From NCBI GenBank assembly GCA_013265495.1, contig MU058065.1:9651720-9715719 (forward strand): a stretch of 64,000 nucleotides of DNA, written 5' to 3'. Source of the stretch: Vicugna vicugna. Taxonomy: Eukaryota. Below the pieces are notes generated by a model. That model was not told the origin of the DNA. It saw only the letters and a program-made list of their open reading frames with translations, and ran no database searches. This document shows, in pieces, positions 39,311 to 50,964 of this stretch. Made by a program: the position numbers and the translations under genes. Within the stretch, counting starts at the first letter, position 1. The number at the start of each line of letters is the position of its first letter.

Positions 39311-40674
39311 TTCTAAATTTCTAGTGCTGGAATGTATAAACCACAGAAGAAAATAATTGGCTGCATTGCTTATAGAGGTTGACTTTGCTATGTAGACACC
39401 ACCTAACCTGTAAGTGGTATCTTTCTGAAATTGTAACATCAAGAAGAAAATGAAGAATGCCTTTGAACTAAAGTTTGCATATCAGAACGTTAAGGAGAGT
39501 GAACTAATTGTTTAGATGGATGCAAGGGTGATACTGTTCAGGAGGAAATTAATTCAGCCTGGTGTGTTTTGTGTGTAGGGGCATTATACCCTTCTAACTG
39601 GGGTAGCGTGCTCACACATAGAGGCATGTCAGGGCTGGAGTGTCTCTTGTTGCTACTGCACTAGGCTGTAGTCTGCTCTCCAGGAAAAACACCCTACGAT
39701 GGATTTACATCATTGCTCAATAAGAACTAGATATTTTATCTGAGACCAATTATTACCTCATTATGATTGTAAAAATATGAGACAGAAAAACTTTCTAAAT
39801 AGATGAACATTTGATGGATTTTTAGAAATTGTTTTATTATACAATTGTTACATGCTTAGTGAATAAACATTTTAAATTCAGGTAAGCAAAAGAGGGAAAA
39901 AAAAGTCATGGTGAAAGGAATAGTTCCTAAAGCCTTCTTTTATCCCCAGGATGGTTGAGAAGTCAGACGCCTGGGATGTGAGTAACTGAGTCTAGAATGG
40001 TAAGACTGAACACGTTAGATGAAGTGAGCAAGGTGTTATAGGTGGCTAGGCTTTATTTGCGTAAAGGCTCTAGGCTTTCTCTCTCCGAAGAATTCTTAAC
40101 TTGTTGCTGCTGAATTAGGGAAAAACAGACGCAACACAAAGCATTTAACCCTGCGGAAATCTTGCTAAAATATTGCCCTCAGAGTTTTGGGAGCCAAGGA
40201 TATCCTCCTTTTCCTTGCTGAATCACTCTGGGGCTTTGCTTTCCTTGAAGAAGACAAATGTCAGTGGTTTTCTTCCTTTAAGATCTCCGGGAGGAAGCTG
40301 TTTTTAGCTGAGAGCTGCTGCTTTGCCTGTCACTGCGGTGCTGTGTAGGTTGCTTGGTTGAGAAGGCAGCTGGAGAGGGGGAAGTCTGAAAGTGAGCACG
40401 TGTAAGGAGAGAGCTGGGAAATCAAAAGAGAATGTGCTGGGACTTAAGCACCCAGCAAGTGAAGCCTTTCGGCATAGCAGACCTGGGCGCCTTTGGCCAT
40501 ATCTAGCCTTCGGGCTTTTTCATCTGTTTGGTGTTTTACGAAGATCTGATTTATTTGTGTCATTTCAATGATACTGTGAGGTTAAAAATGTTTCCTTGTG
40601 CATAGTAATTAACAACAGGCCCTGCAGAATGGAATATTCCAGGACTTGGAGAGTGCTAGGCATTTTATCAGCTG

Positions 40675-40693
40675 CAGCCAGCAGATGGTGGTA
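40675..40693 (+). promoter_or_regulatory. Candidate CTCF site
   Basis: CAGCCAGCAGATGGTGGTA vs core consensus CCASYAGRKGGCR (one mismatch); motif only, no occupancy data. Confidence 0.5.
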
Positions 40694-41834
40694 GTGTATC
40701 ACAAAAAGGCAAATAAATTAGGCTTGGCAAAGCTGGGAGGTTCAGTTTTGGTTTGCTTTGTTATTTAAGCTTGACGATACCCACCTATATATTCTGTGGG
40801 TACAGAGTGTTTGAGCCCAGTCTGATCTTAAACTTGTTTTATGATGATATCATTATTTTTTACTGCTACAAATTAACTGTCGGTTTCAATCTAACCCATG
40901 CTTCCGGTGCCTTCCGGGATCATCTTGTCAGTTATGCAGCTTTCCAGTTTTATGGCTGAGATCAAGAATGATTCCTTAAAGGCACATGGGAAACACAGTG
41001 TATCTTTAGAATGAAATGTGGGAGAGTGGATGTGAGCTTTGTTACATGGCCAGTGCTGTAGGTGTGCAGAAAAGATAGATAAGGGCAAACCACTAAGGCC
41101 CCTTTCAGTTTGAAATTTGAATGTCTTGACATTTACTCAGGTGCAATCAGTCATGAAAGTATCCATAGTGACCTCCTATCAGTGGAGTGAAATGGAGCTG
41201 GATGAGTTCCGATACTATCTTAGAGAGTTATGTTCAAACATATGAAAATGTAAAGAGGAACTTGTGGGCAACACCAGTGCTTCCAGATCTGTAGGAAGTT
41301 CTTTCACTGGGGTATAAAGTATCACTTGAAGTCATTTATTCATTCTTCCTTACATCTGATGCTTACTGAGTGCCTACTAGGTGCCTGCTCTTGTTCCAAG
41401 TGCTGGAGACTTGCAGACTTACCGGGCAGAAACTTGATTGCGGCCTAATCTTTTCTTGAAATGTAAGGGTGAAAAGAGATTAAGATCCTCTTTATAGAGT
41501 TGGCAGAGCACCACTGATTGATGATAAACTTGAAGGAGAAAAGGGTCATATAGTAGCTTGCCCCAGTCAAAGATTTCCATCAGCAACACACTGTCATAAA
41601 TCTATCACTGAATTCTGCTACCGGCTAGCACACTGTCCAACGAGGTACTGAGAGACAGGGAGAAATCCCAAAAGCCAATAAAAAAGGACAGCCTGTCTTT
41701 CAAATGTTGGCTGGACAGAGTGAGCTCGTGTTCAAGCTCCCTGCCAAATTATCTGGAGTCTACAGAATGTCACTCTAGTTGCCTAAGTGACATGAAACCT
41801 GTTCCTAGAACTTTCTGGTTTTCATCAGAACTGA

Positions 41835-42040
41835 ACAACAACGACCATCCAGCAGCGTGTTCAATATGCGCTATGTGTTACTTCAATCTTTATAACACTT
41901 ACTCAAGAGAGGCATTATTGTACCCTTTTTACATATAAGATAAGTGAGGCTTATAGAGGTTGATTAACTTGTCTGGTAAATGGCCAAGCCAAGAGTTTCA
42001 CAAAGGTCTTTCCATGCTATTCCCACCATGCCGTACTCTC
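41835..42040 (-). mobile_element. MIR SINE
   Basis: 'ttcaatctttataacacttactcaagagaggcattattgtaccctttttacatataagataagtgaggcttatagaggttgattaacttgtc'. Confidence 0.65.
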
Positions 42041-44634
42041 TCTTCTGAAGCCTTCTTTGCTATCACACTGTTCCACTGGCTAGAACAGGTATGGAAGAGA
42101 GATAAAGGCAGCCATCCCAAGATTTGTGCTGAGAGGATGACAGATGTAAAGGAGTCAGGCAGAATGCGCCCTGAGCTGGCCCATCATCTGGTCTGCAGAG
42201 ATTTGGAATAGGGGGAAACAAAATCAGCAGACATGACCTGGAAGTTTAACCAGCAGAAATGGGGTGGCTTGTTCTGAGCAAAGGCTTCAGGGCAGCGGGC
42301 AGACTGTGGAGCTAAAGGCAGAGAAACAAAACACAGTTAGAATTGCCACACCAGGGAAATCTTTGCTTGAATTCAGGGAATGGAGAGGATGGATAGCCAT
42401 GCATTGGTCTTTTCAGCTCCACTCTCAGGCAAGGATAACAACGCAGCCGACAGAAGCGTTTTGAAACTCAGACAGCCACCAGTATTTATTTATAGAGAGA
42501 AAGTGCGCAGGGTGGGATAAATGCACAGAAACACTCTGAACGCTAAACGTCGTGCAAATGGGTCCACTATTGATTCTTAGTGGAAATGTTCACGTCTGCC
42601 TCATGAACAAATATTACTCCTGAGACCACCTTTAACAAAATATTTAGTCTGACCTCTCCAGACTGCATTTACAAGCTCATTTCTCTCTTTCTGTTTTGGG
42701 CTTTCCTCTGAGATGGAAGTAGGCTCTGTGCAGCAGTCCCAGAAGACTTGCACAAGAAGAGTTTCAGACAACAGAAAATAATCCTAAGTGTTGTGCAGTG
42801 GTTTTCCATTGAGAGGTGTCATATCAGTGCTGTAGAAGAAGAATGAGAATTACAGGAAGTTAATATAAATGGACATAAAGGCACAGTAAGGCATCGCATC
42901 AGCTGGTATGGCCGACTTTAGAATGCCAGGAAGCAAAATGGTCAGATGATGCCTGTTGGGTTTTCACCCCCAACTTGACTCTTTTTCCATGTGCACATAA
43001 TTGAATCTGTTGTGACTATGGACATAGCCAAGTGTGGAGTACTTAGGATAGTTAAAGAATCCATTAGAATCATTAGATCTCCTCTGAGCTAGCCAGAAAA
43101 ATCAAATTTATTTCCAAGTGGAACTAGTTTGGCTGTCGATCTTACTTACCTTTCAAAAGAATTGAAAGGAAAATCTTATGCAAGATTCGCTCACAAATGC
43201 CTTCTAATGGTTCTCTAAAAACATTCTACTCATCTCCAGTAAAAATGGCTTCATATTTATGTTACTGAAGGTCATTTTTCAAAATATATTGTGACTTCTG
43301 TTTAATAGTCTGTGAACCCAGGTTACCTATAGGATGGTTTGGAATTGAGCAGTCTGTGACTATAACATAAATGATGTTTAAAAAAAAATCAAGCTGCATA
43401 TTTATTTGATTGCTTGAAGTTCTCAGTGCATTATCTGGATAGCCTGTCCATTTTTGTTTGGGTAAGTGTCAGAAATTTTCAATTGCAAGTCCCTCCAGGA
43501 CAGGACTGATGTCATCTCCATCACTCTGAGAGCCCCAGGCCCCTCATCCAATAAGCATTTCTTGAGTGCCCATTACGAGACAGGCATTCCTCTGGCACAC
43601 AGTGCTCCTCCATCTAGAGATGGCAGCGAAGACATTTTCCTTCCTGCATAAATAAATATGTGTGGAGAATCAGAGCTTTTTTTTTTCCCTTTTCTGAAAG
43701 CTTGTCTTTCTCTCTCCTGATCCTGTCAAGGGAAGGAAGGGCAAAATGAGGCGTGTAATTTTTTGAATCTTGAGTGTTCAATTGAAAGCTAAGGCCGATG
43801 TAAGGACAGCTTGCTCAGTGTGATGGTCATAGCTTGCTGTGCTATGTGGCAGATACTTGGTTGTGTTTGATCTTTTTGATCTTTCTCTCTCTCTTTCTGC
43901 TTCTGCTATAATCTCCTCAGAGTCAGGAAATAAACACAATGGATTGTGTCAATTGCCACACCGCCTACTAGCACTGCTGCTCTTTTATGCCTCATGGCCT
44001 GCCACCATCAGCTGGGAGGGACTTTTGGTCATTGGGCTGTCTTGAGCCTTTAAACCACATGGTGTATGCAGCTGATCTAGGAGAACAGGAACCCGAAGAT
44101 ACCAATCAATATTTTTAGATAGATCCCAAAGATCTATCATGTTCAGAACTCTGTCTCTATGGAAACATTTTTTGTATGGCTATGTAGACATCTGGAGTAT
44201 TTGCCTTTTGATATAGATCATTTATATTTGTAGAAGTTATTGTAGTTTTAGATCCTTTAATCACCTGATTTGGCGAGTGTTGCCAAAGGTAGGGAATGAA
44301 GTATATAGTGAAAAGCCCAGAGGACGAGACGTATGACACCACTTAAAGACTTGCAGATTGGAGCAAGTTGCTCTTTACAAGTCTCAGTATTTCCATCAGT
44401 AAAGTGGGAGTAATAATGCCTTCCCTGGCTTTACCTAATCTAAGAAAAGAGCAAGTCTTTTAAAATTCCAAAGTGCTTTGCAAGTGTATATAGTTAGAAG
44501 GGAAAATAACATTTATTCAGCCTCTTCTCTGTGTGACAAGTCATGCTAAGGTAATACTATTGTACAAGGAGACAGCCTTATCTAGAATAATCCTTACTTG
44601 AAATTCTTGTCTCTAAACAGAGCATCATAGCACA

Positions 44635-44880
44635 AGCAACAATGCAGTGTTAGCGTGATGGCTAAAAATTGGACTTTGGAGCCTTGGATTTTGGATCCAG
44701 GGAGATATGGGTTCAGATTGTAGCTGTGCCACTTTGTGACCTTGTCATTTAACCTTTTTATTTTCCCATCCATAAAATAAAGCTGGTAGTTTCTATTTCC
44801 TGGAGCTTTGGCAGAGATTAAGTGAGATACAGTATGATGAATTATGTGGCAGAGTGTGAGTGTGAAATGCATTACTAGTT
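44635..44880 (+). mobile_element. MIR SINE (other MIR pieces at ~44290-44490 and ~45295-45620)
   Basis: 'gcagtgttagcgtgatggctaaaaattggactttggagcc...gggttcagattgtagctgtgccactttgtgaccttg...cccatccataaaataaag...gagattaagtgagata'. Confidence 0.75.
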
Positions 44881-45684
44881 AGGAACTTGTGTGCTCTTCT
44901 ACCACAAAAGGTAATTTCTGTTTGCTTTAGGTGAAATATTATGCCCTCACTTAAGCTATTAATTCATAAAAGTTATTTTTTTTTATTTCAGAAGCACGTT
45001 TGAATTTCACTTGCAGGAAATCTAGCTTCAGCCAACAACCTTTTTTTCCCGTATTGACCCCTCCCACTGAGGAATTAACACTGCCTTCAAGTCTGTGGCA
45101 TCATCAGCTTTGGTAGGCGCTAGTCACTGCACTCTTCTCTTCTTAGACTCAGGTCTGCCACAAGCTCTTGGTGGAAAGGAACCCATCACCATCTTGCTAC
45201 TGTGCTGCTCCTGCTGTGTCAGAAGGGCTGAGTTCAAGTCACACTAGATCCTGGGAGTCTGCTTGTCAGGGAGGTGTCAAGGTTTACTACTTTCACACGT
45301 GGGCTTTAGAGATCGGTCGCCTGAAGTCAGAGCCTAGCTTTGTCCATTATTCACTGTATGACCTTGAGAAAGTTACCTAACCTTTGAAGTCTCCACTTTT
45401 TCATCTTTAGTGAGTGGATAACACTAATAGTTAAGAATTATTGAAGCTTTTCCATGTGCCAGATTCTATGTTCAATGTTTTACATGTACTGACTCACTTC
45501 ACCTTACAACAGCCTGTGAGGTGGGGATTATTCTAACACTCATCTTGGCAATAATGAAAAAAGAAAACGTAGAGAAAAAACCCAGAAATATATTTTCTGG
45601 GGATACACATCTAGTAAACGTTCCTGCTGGGCTTCAGTCTCACCAAGTGGCTTGTGTTCTGGAAGTGATAACACTTCATACTAG

Positions 45685-46053
45685 TGTTAGGTAGTTTAGA
45701 CAGAAATGAGCACTGGGCAGGGGGAGAGGAGAGGGAAAGGAACAATCCAGAGCACAAGGAACCTGAGCTGTCAATCAACCAGAGCGCAGGGAACCTGAAT
45801 TGTCAATCAGTCAATCAGTCAATCAGTCAATCACGAAACCAGGATATAAAAACAGGAAAAACAAGGGAACGGCATCATTTCCTCTCTTGGATAGGCCCGC
45901 TCCCAATTCTCGGGAGTGTACTGTATTTTACTTTTTTTTTTAACCTCACTAATAAAAGTCTTGCTTATATCACGCTCTTTGTCTCTAGTCAAAAATCTTT
46001 TTTACGGGTGATTAAGAACCGAGGTAATTCTTATTTCCCTTTTCCCGGTAACA
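45685..46053 (+). mobile_element. Intact ERV1-class (gammaretrovirus-like) solo LTR, 369 bp
   Basis: TGTTA...TAACA inverted termini; perfect 4-bp TSD CTAG (45681-45684 and 46054-46057); TATAAAA 45845-45851; AATAAA 45951-45956; U3 direct repeats; many retained CpGs. Confidence 0.92.
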
Positions 46054-48305
46054 CTAGGATTGAACTCCTAAGAGTGTCTGGCATCTGTAAACTCGAAATA
46101 AATGTCATTTAATTCTATTATCATGAATGCTGTTCCTCTGGTTCTAGTGCTTTTGTCCACCTGCCTTGAGTTTTACTCAGTTGAATTTCTGAAGAGGTAA
46201 AATTCTCAGTTATGAGGCTGAGCTCAAGCCCATTAAAGAGGTAAATTTGTATTAGTACTAATTCAGAAAACCAGTCTAATCTTAGACTGTTATAAACTTC
46301 ACGAAATTTTAATAAGTTTTTACACCTTCTCCTCTTCATGTTCCTCTCCTTACTATATGAATACATTTCATAAATGTATTCATTGATTCCCCAACTAAAT
46401 ATAAATATTAAAAATAAAGTCTTATTCTCTTGCACCAATAGTAAAACCAAAAGCTGTCATTTACTCTCACAAATCAGGATTCTAATCCCCAGAGAGGGTA
46501 TATCAACTTGATCTGAGAATGAATGAAACTGTACTGACCCTCAGTATTCCTTCTGGAGAGAAGATCAGAACACAGCTGTGGCCACAAGAATGGCTACTAA
46601 GCCCCAGAATAAATAGCAGTGAATTGGCCACGCTGCCCGGCAGCTTTTGTTGCCCCTAGGCTAAGAGATGTTTGGAGAAGGGTCAGTGAAAACTAATTGT
46701 TTCTTGAGGGTCTTGCCTTGATTGTATGAGGCCAGGATTAGAAGCCCTTGCCAAGCTGGAAGTTTGCTCTACTTTGGGGAAGTGATTTCTTTACAGATGT
46801 GAATGGAGCCGAGGAATAAGGGAGGATGCCAGAGGGAGCTTTGTCACAGCTTACAGCCGTCATTTCACTGGAAGTCATTCTGCCATTTTCCTCTTATCCT
46901 GTGGTTCTGGGTTTGTAATTTTTCTCAATGCAGCAAGTTTTCTGCCCTTTTCCCTATCACAGAAAATGTGGCTTTCCTTATCTGTAAAGTGTCTTAATTT
47001 AGTGGAAAATAGAATTGAGTCCACTGCCCACTCTCTGTTCCAGGAATGCTTTTCTCAAAATAGGAAATATATAATGTGTAGGCTGGGTGGCTAGAATTAG
47101 GTTGGATCAGTATGAAACAGGGAGATTTGTTTGCTTCAGAAAAAAAATCTCCCACTGCCTTGGCTGGCTGCAGAATCCAGGACAAATACCTGGACTCAGA
47201 GATACAGAAATCAGACCACCCTGGGTGGATTATTATCATGATGACCCTCCCCATGGATTCCCACACGCCCTTTTAATAAAGCCTTTGTGTCCAAACTGGC
47301 ATTCCTAGTTAAGATTTTGAAACCATTATTTTTAATGCCTTCTCATATTGATTAGGGCAAGAAAGAAAGAAATGGACCTTCCTATGGAGATAGGGAAATC
47401 TTTTCCTTCTCCCTCTGTTTTTATAATGAACTCAAATACAAAGCTTCTCTAGACATACAGATGAAATTGATCACTTCAAAACGGAGAGGAGGAAAGTCGC
47501 AAGTGCGAAATATGTCTGAGTTTTTTGTGGCTTCGAACACCCATCTAGGTAAAGACTACCAGATTTATTGCTTCCAGCCTTTGGGTTATTATTTCCTATC
47601 TACCTGTTGGATAATAAAGGCTTAGATTTGTTTTGACTGTTTCAGTACACCACAAAGCAACAATGAAAATGCGAATCACTCCATCTCTAGCACATGGTCT
47701 GGGAGGAAAGATGGGGAAAAATGACTCATAGCATGTATGAAATTTCTAGTGCCTGTACTTGAGAGATAGGAGGGTCACAAAACACAGGAGAAGTGTACAT
47801 TTCTTACTGGCTGAAGGATTTCCAGGTAACGTGATTCATGGAATGCAAATAAATCTTGTACCTTAGGACAGGAAACTTCTTTCTACTCCCCTAGATCTCT
47901 CAATCGAAAACTTTATTTTTCCATTAAAAAAGAATTGTGCTTTGTGATTTATAAAGTCTCTTACTTTTTCTTTAAGTTGGATGTTAACGTTCTGCCTTGT
48001 GCCCTTAACTTAATGGATATTCTCAAAACTGGCAGCTTCTCTTTCATGCGGGAAGAAGGAATAATTCTGAATTAAGAGCACCAAAATAGGTTAAGGATAC
48101 ATTATGTCAGAGACTGTAGATTGTTAACAAGCAAAGGAAGCACAAGTCATAGGGTGTAATACAATTAAATGCAACTGGGTAAGATTGCCAGCCATTCCAT
48201 CCCAGTGACTTCACCTGTTGATGCCAGAAGTGACCCTTTCCCGTCTGCCTAAAATTTTTCAAAGTCCTAGGTGTTTTTCTAATTTCTGAGTGAATCGCAA
48301 ATGGT

Positions 48306-48770
48306 GTAGTAGATAATATGGGTGCCCTGCCTGAATCCCTCTACCAGGCGCATGTATTCCTTTGCTAGCTGCTGTGAGTATTGTATGCTAAAGACCCACA
48401 GCAGTGCGCCCTGCTCCTTCTCCCTCCCCTTCCCCTCTCTTCCGGAGAATTGCTGATGGCAGCTACATCTCCCGAGAGGTATGATCCTCCAGCTTGAAGC
48501 AGCCAAAGATTGATGGATGTGGGGCTACAAATGGCTGGCCCCCTTGCATCAAAGGAAAGGGTCATAATTAATTCTGCGGTGTTATCCCATGGATCAGGTC
48601 AAGACTAGACTGTATACGGGGCCACATCCTTGCTCAGCCCTCTCGCCTTTTCTCTCCTGCTTGTCGTACTCTCCCCTGAAGAGCTTTCCCTGAGGACTGC
48701 CCCTTCCATAAACGTCATGCACCTGAGGTACAGTCTCAGGCTGTAATTCTAGGGTGTCCAGATGTACGAC
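48306..48770 (+). mobile_element. ERVL solo LTR (LTR16C-like)
   Basis: TG...CA ends; 'tgtagtagataatatgggtgccctgcc', 'ggctggcccccttgcatcaa', 'ccacatccttgctcagccctctc', 'cataaacgtcatgcacctgag...tctcaggctgtaattctaggg...gaca'. Confidence 0.75.
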
Positions 48771-50656
48771 AGTGAATTTGCCTGTACATTTTAACTTATT
48801 TTGTCCTATTGAATTAAACAATACAGTATCATTGTTAACCAGAATTCTACTGGCAAACAACAAACAATTCTTCCTGAACTGTTGAAGTCTGTTCTGTTGA
48901 CCCTTAATAAGCCTTTGTAACAGAAGAAGACAAGTTCCTTCAGTTCAGTGGTGTTCTCTGTGCAGCCTTTATCCATCAGCTTACAGAGAAGCATGGCTGG
49001 CAAAGCATCAAAGCCACAAAGGTTGGAAATTTGAATTCAGTGACTGATTTCTACTCCCTTCCTTCCAACTGTGGTAGTTTATCTAATATTAACTCTATTT
49101 TTGGCACCCCTGAAAGCCTGGCTTTTCAAGTTAGAACGATATCCTGCCACAATAGGAATAATTATTATGGCCTTAGTTTATGGTAGTGGTCTGGATGACA
49201 AGACAAAAGATTTTCACTTGGACTCAAACGGTCCATCCAAGTCTAATGGTATTTATTTCCAGGGTCCTCTGTAATTAGAATTGTGTTTGTGTAAATGTCT
49301 GAAAATCTTTACTGATTTTAAAGATATTGGCCTTGAGCCCATTCTAATCCAGATAAAATTTGCAAAATTTGAAGGTCTCCTTGTACTGCTACCAGCTAGT
49401 GGTATGAGGGTGGGCTGATTCAGCAGTTGGAAGAATAGTGATTCTAGCTGACAAGCACAGTCCTCAAGGAGATGTCAGGTTGACCCTGCTGCTCAGAAAA
49501 ACAGAGCATACATAGAGTTGATTAAAAAGGACACAGGGGACAAATATTTTAAAGGCATTATTTTATTTGTTTGATGGGGTAAGGATACATGATTCCACAG
49601 TAGAAGTTTGAAACTTTCACAGTCATCAAAATTGGGCTTTGAAATAGACAATGTCCAAATATGCTGACTGATGCACCAAATTAGATATTACTGATTCTCA
49701 ATACAATATTTTGGTCTAAAGAAATTAACTCTTTGTTTCCACCATGTTAAAGCTAATTTATAATCAATATCTTCTAATTCAATCTAAAACATTCTTTTTA
49801 AAGCAAGCCAGGAGCCTTCTATTTTCTATTTAGCCATCTGACGTTCATTTTGGTTCAGTTTCTTTATGTTTACAAGTGATTCTTGCTGGGTTAGGGGAGT
49901 GTAAAGTGGTTAGAATTTAATCTTTGAATGAAATGCATCCATCTGAAGGTCAGTACTGAAAAGTCAGATGATTGTTTTTAACATTATATAATTTATGGTT
50001 TGTTTGTGATAATCATAGAACTTCACATTCTAAGACTATGTCCCAGGGATTCTGCTTCAAAAAGGCCACTGCTTTTTAAGGAAATATAAACACATTTTGT
50101 TGTCGTTGAATTACAAAGCAAAAAAGCTTGGAACTTAGTAATAAAGTTACTAAGAAGGTGGAGATAATTACTATATCCATTAATACTCTTCTTCAGAATC
50201 CTTTCCCCACTTGCTGTATGATTACCATAGCACTTGAAAGATTTAGATAACATAAGAAGCATCTCTGCAAGTTAGGTAATTCATATCCTGTTTGGTAGAA
50301 GGAAAGCAAGGCTTGGTGGGCCAAAAGAAAAAGAATTATTTCAGAAAAATCTGAATTATTCCTTACTACTTTCCCTATGGCCCTCATGTATTTCATAACC
50401 ATCTCTATCTAAATGACAATCTATTAAATTTTTTAAAACAAGAATAGTAGCAAAATGTGTTTGAGTTTATTACCAAAGATTAGGAATATAAAAATGAATT
50501 TTAAATTTTACATTTTAATATACTGTGTTATTAGAATGTTGCATTCTCTTTTATTTTTGTAAGACTTATTGAAAGTAAATTCAATGGAATTTGAAATATT
50601 AAAATCCCATGAGAATAAAATGTTGACTTTGATTAGCTCAAGCACCTCTGGTAGCA

Positions 50657-50964
50657 TTTTTCTTTTCTTTTTTTTCTGTTTCAGTTTTATTAGGTAGAAT
50701 TATTACAGTTTGACTACACATATACATTATATTATATGTAAATACATATATACAATATACACTTTTTTTAGTTTACATATATGTACTGATCATTGTTTCT
50801 AAGAACAGATTAGAGCTTTAGCTTTTTAAACTTATGTAGTTATCAAATCAATAAAGCCAACTACAAAATAGGAATCAACAGAATGCAGTAATCCAATCAT
50901 AAAGGATGGTCAAATGGGCTTACACATAGTCAAGAAATCAATCATCTAAGTTATAAATGTAAGT
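50657..50964 (-). other. Non-L1 polyadenylated segment fused to the L1 3' side
   Basis: Minus strand: AU-rich sequence ending in AATAAA (50686-50691), 10 nt, then an A-rich tail (50657-50675); joins L1 sequence at ~50965. Confidence 0.7.

Noticed and set aside
45802..45833. Tandem GTCAATCA as a CRISPR-like array
   Set aside because: 8-bp head-to-tail units without spacers inside a retroviral LTR in mammalian DNA; no cas genes.
45684..46112. 142-aa ORF
   Set aside because: Coincides with the solo LTR; the 'QSVNQSISQS' run is just the GTCAATCA repeat; non-ATG start and no recognisable homology.
46990..47310. Possible ancient LTR ending near AATAAA
   Set aside because: No clear TG...CA termini or TSD, and no family recognised.
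47453..47548. Exon-like interval 'ctctag|ACATAC...CATCTAG|gtaaag'
   Set aside because: Weak pyrimidine tract and donor; peptide not recognised.
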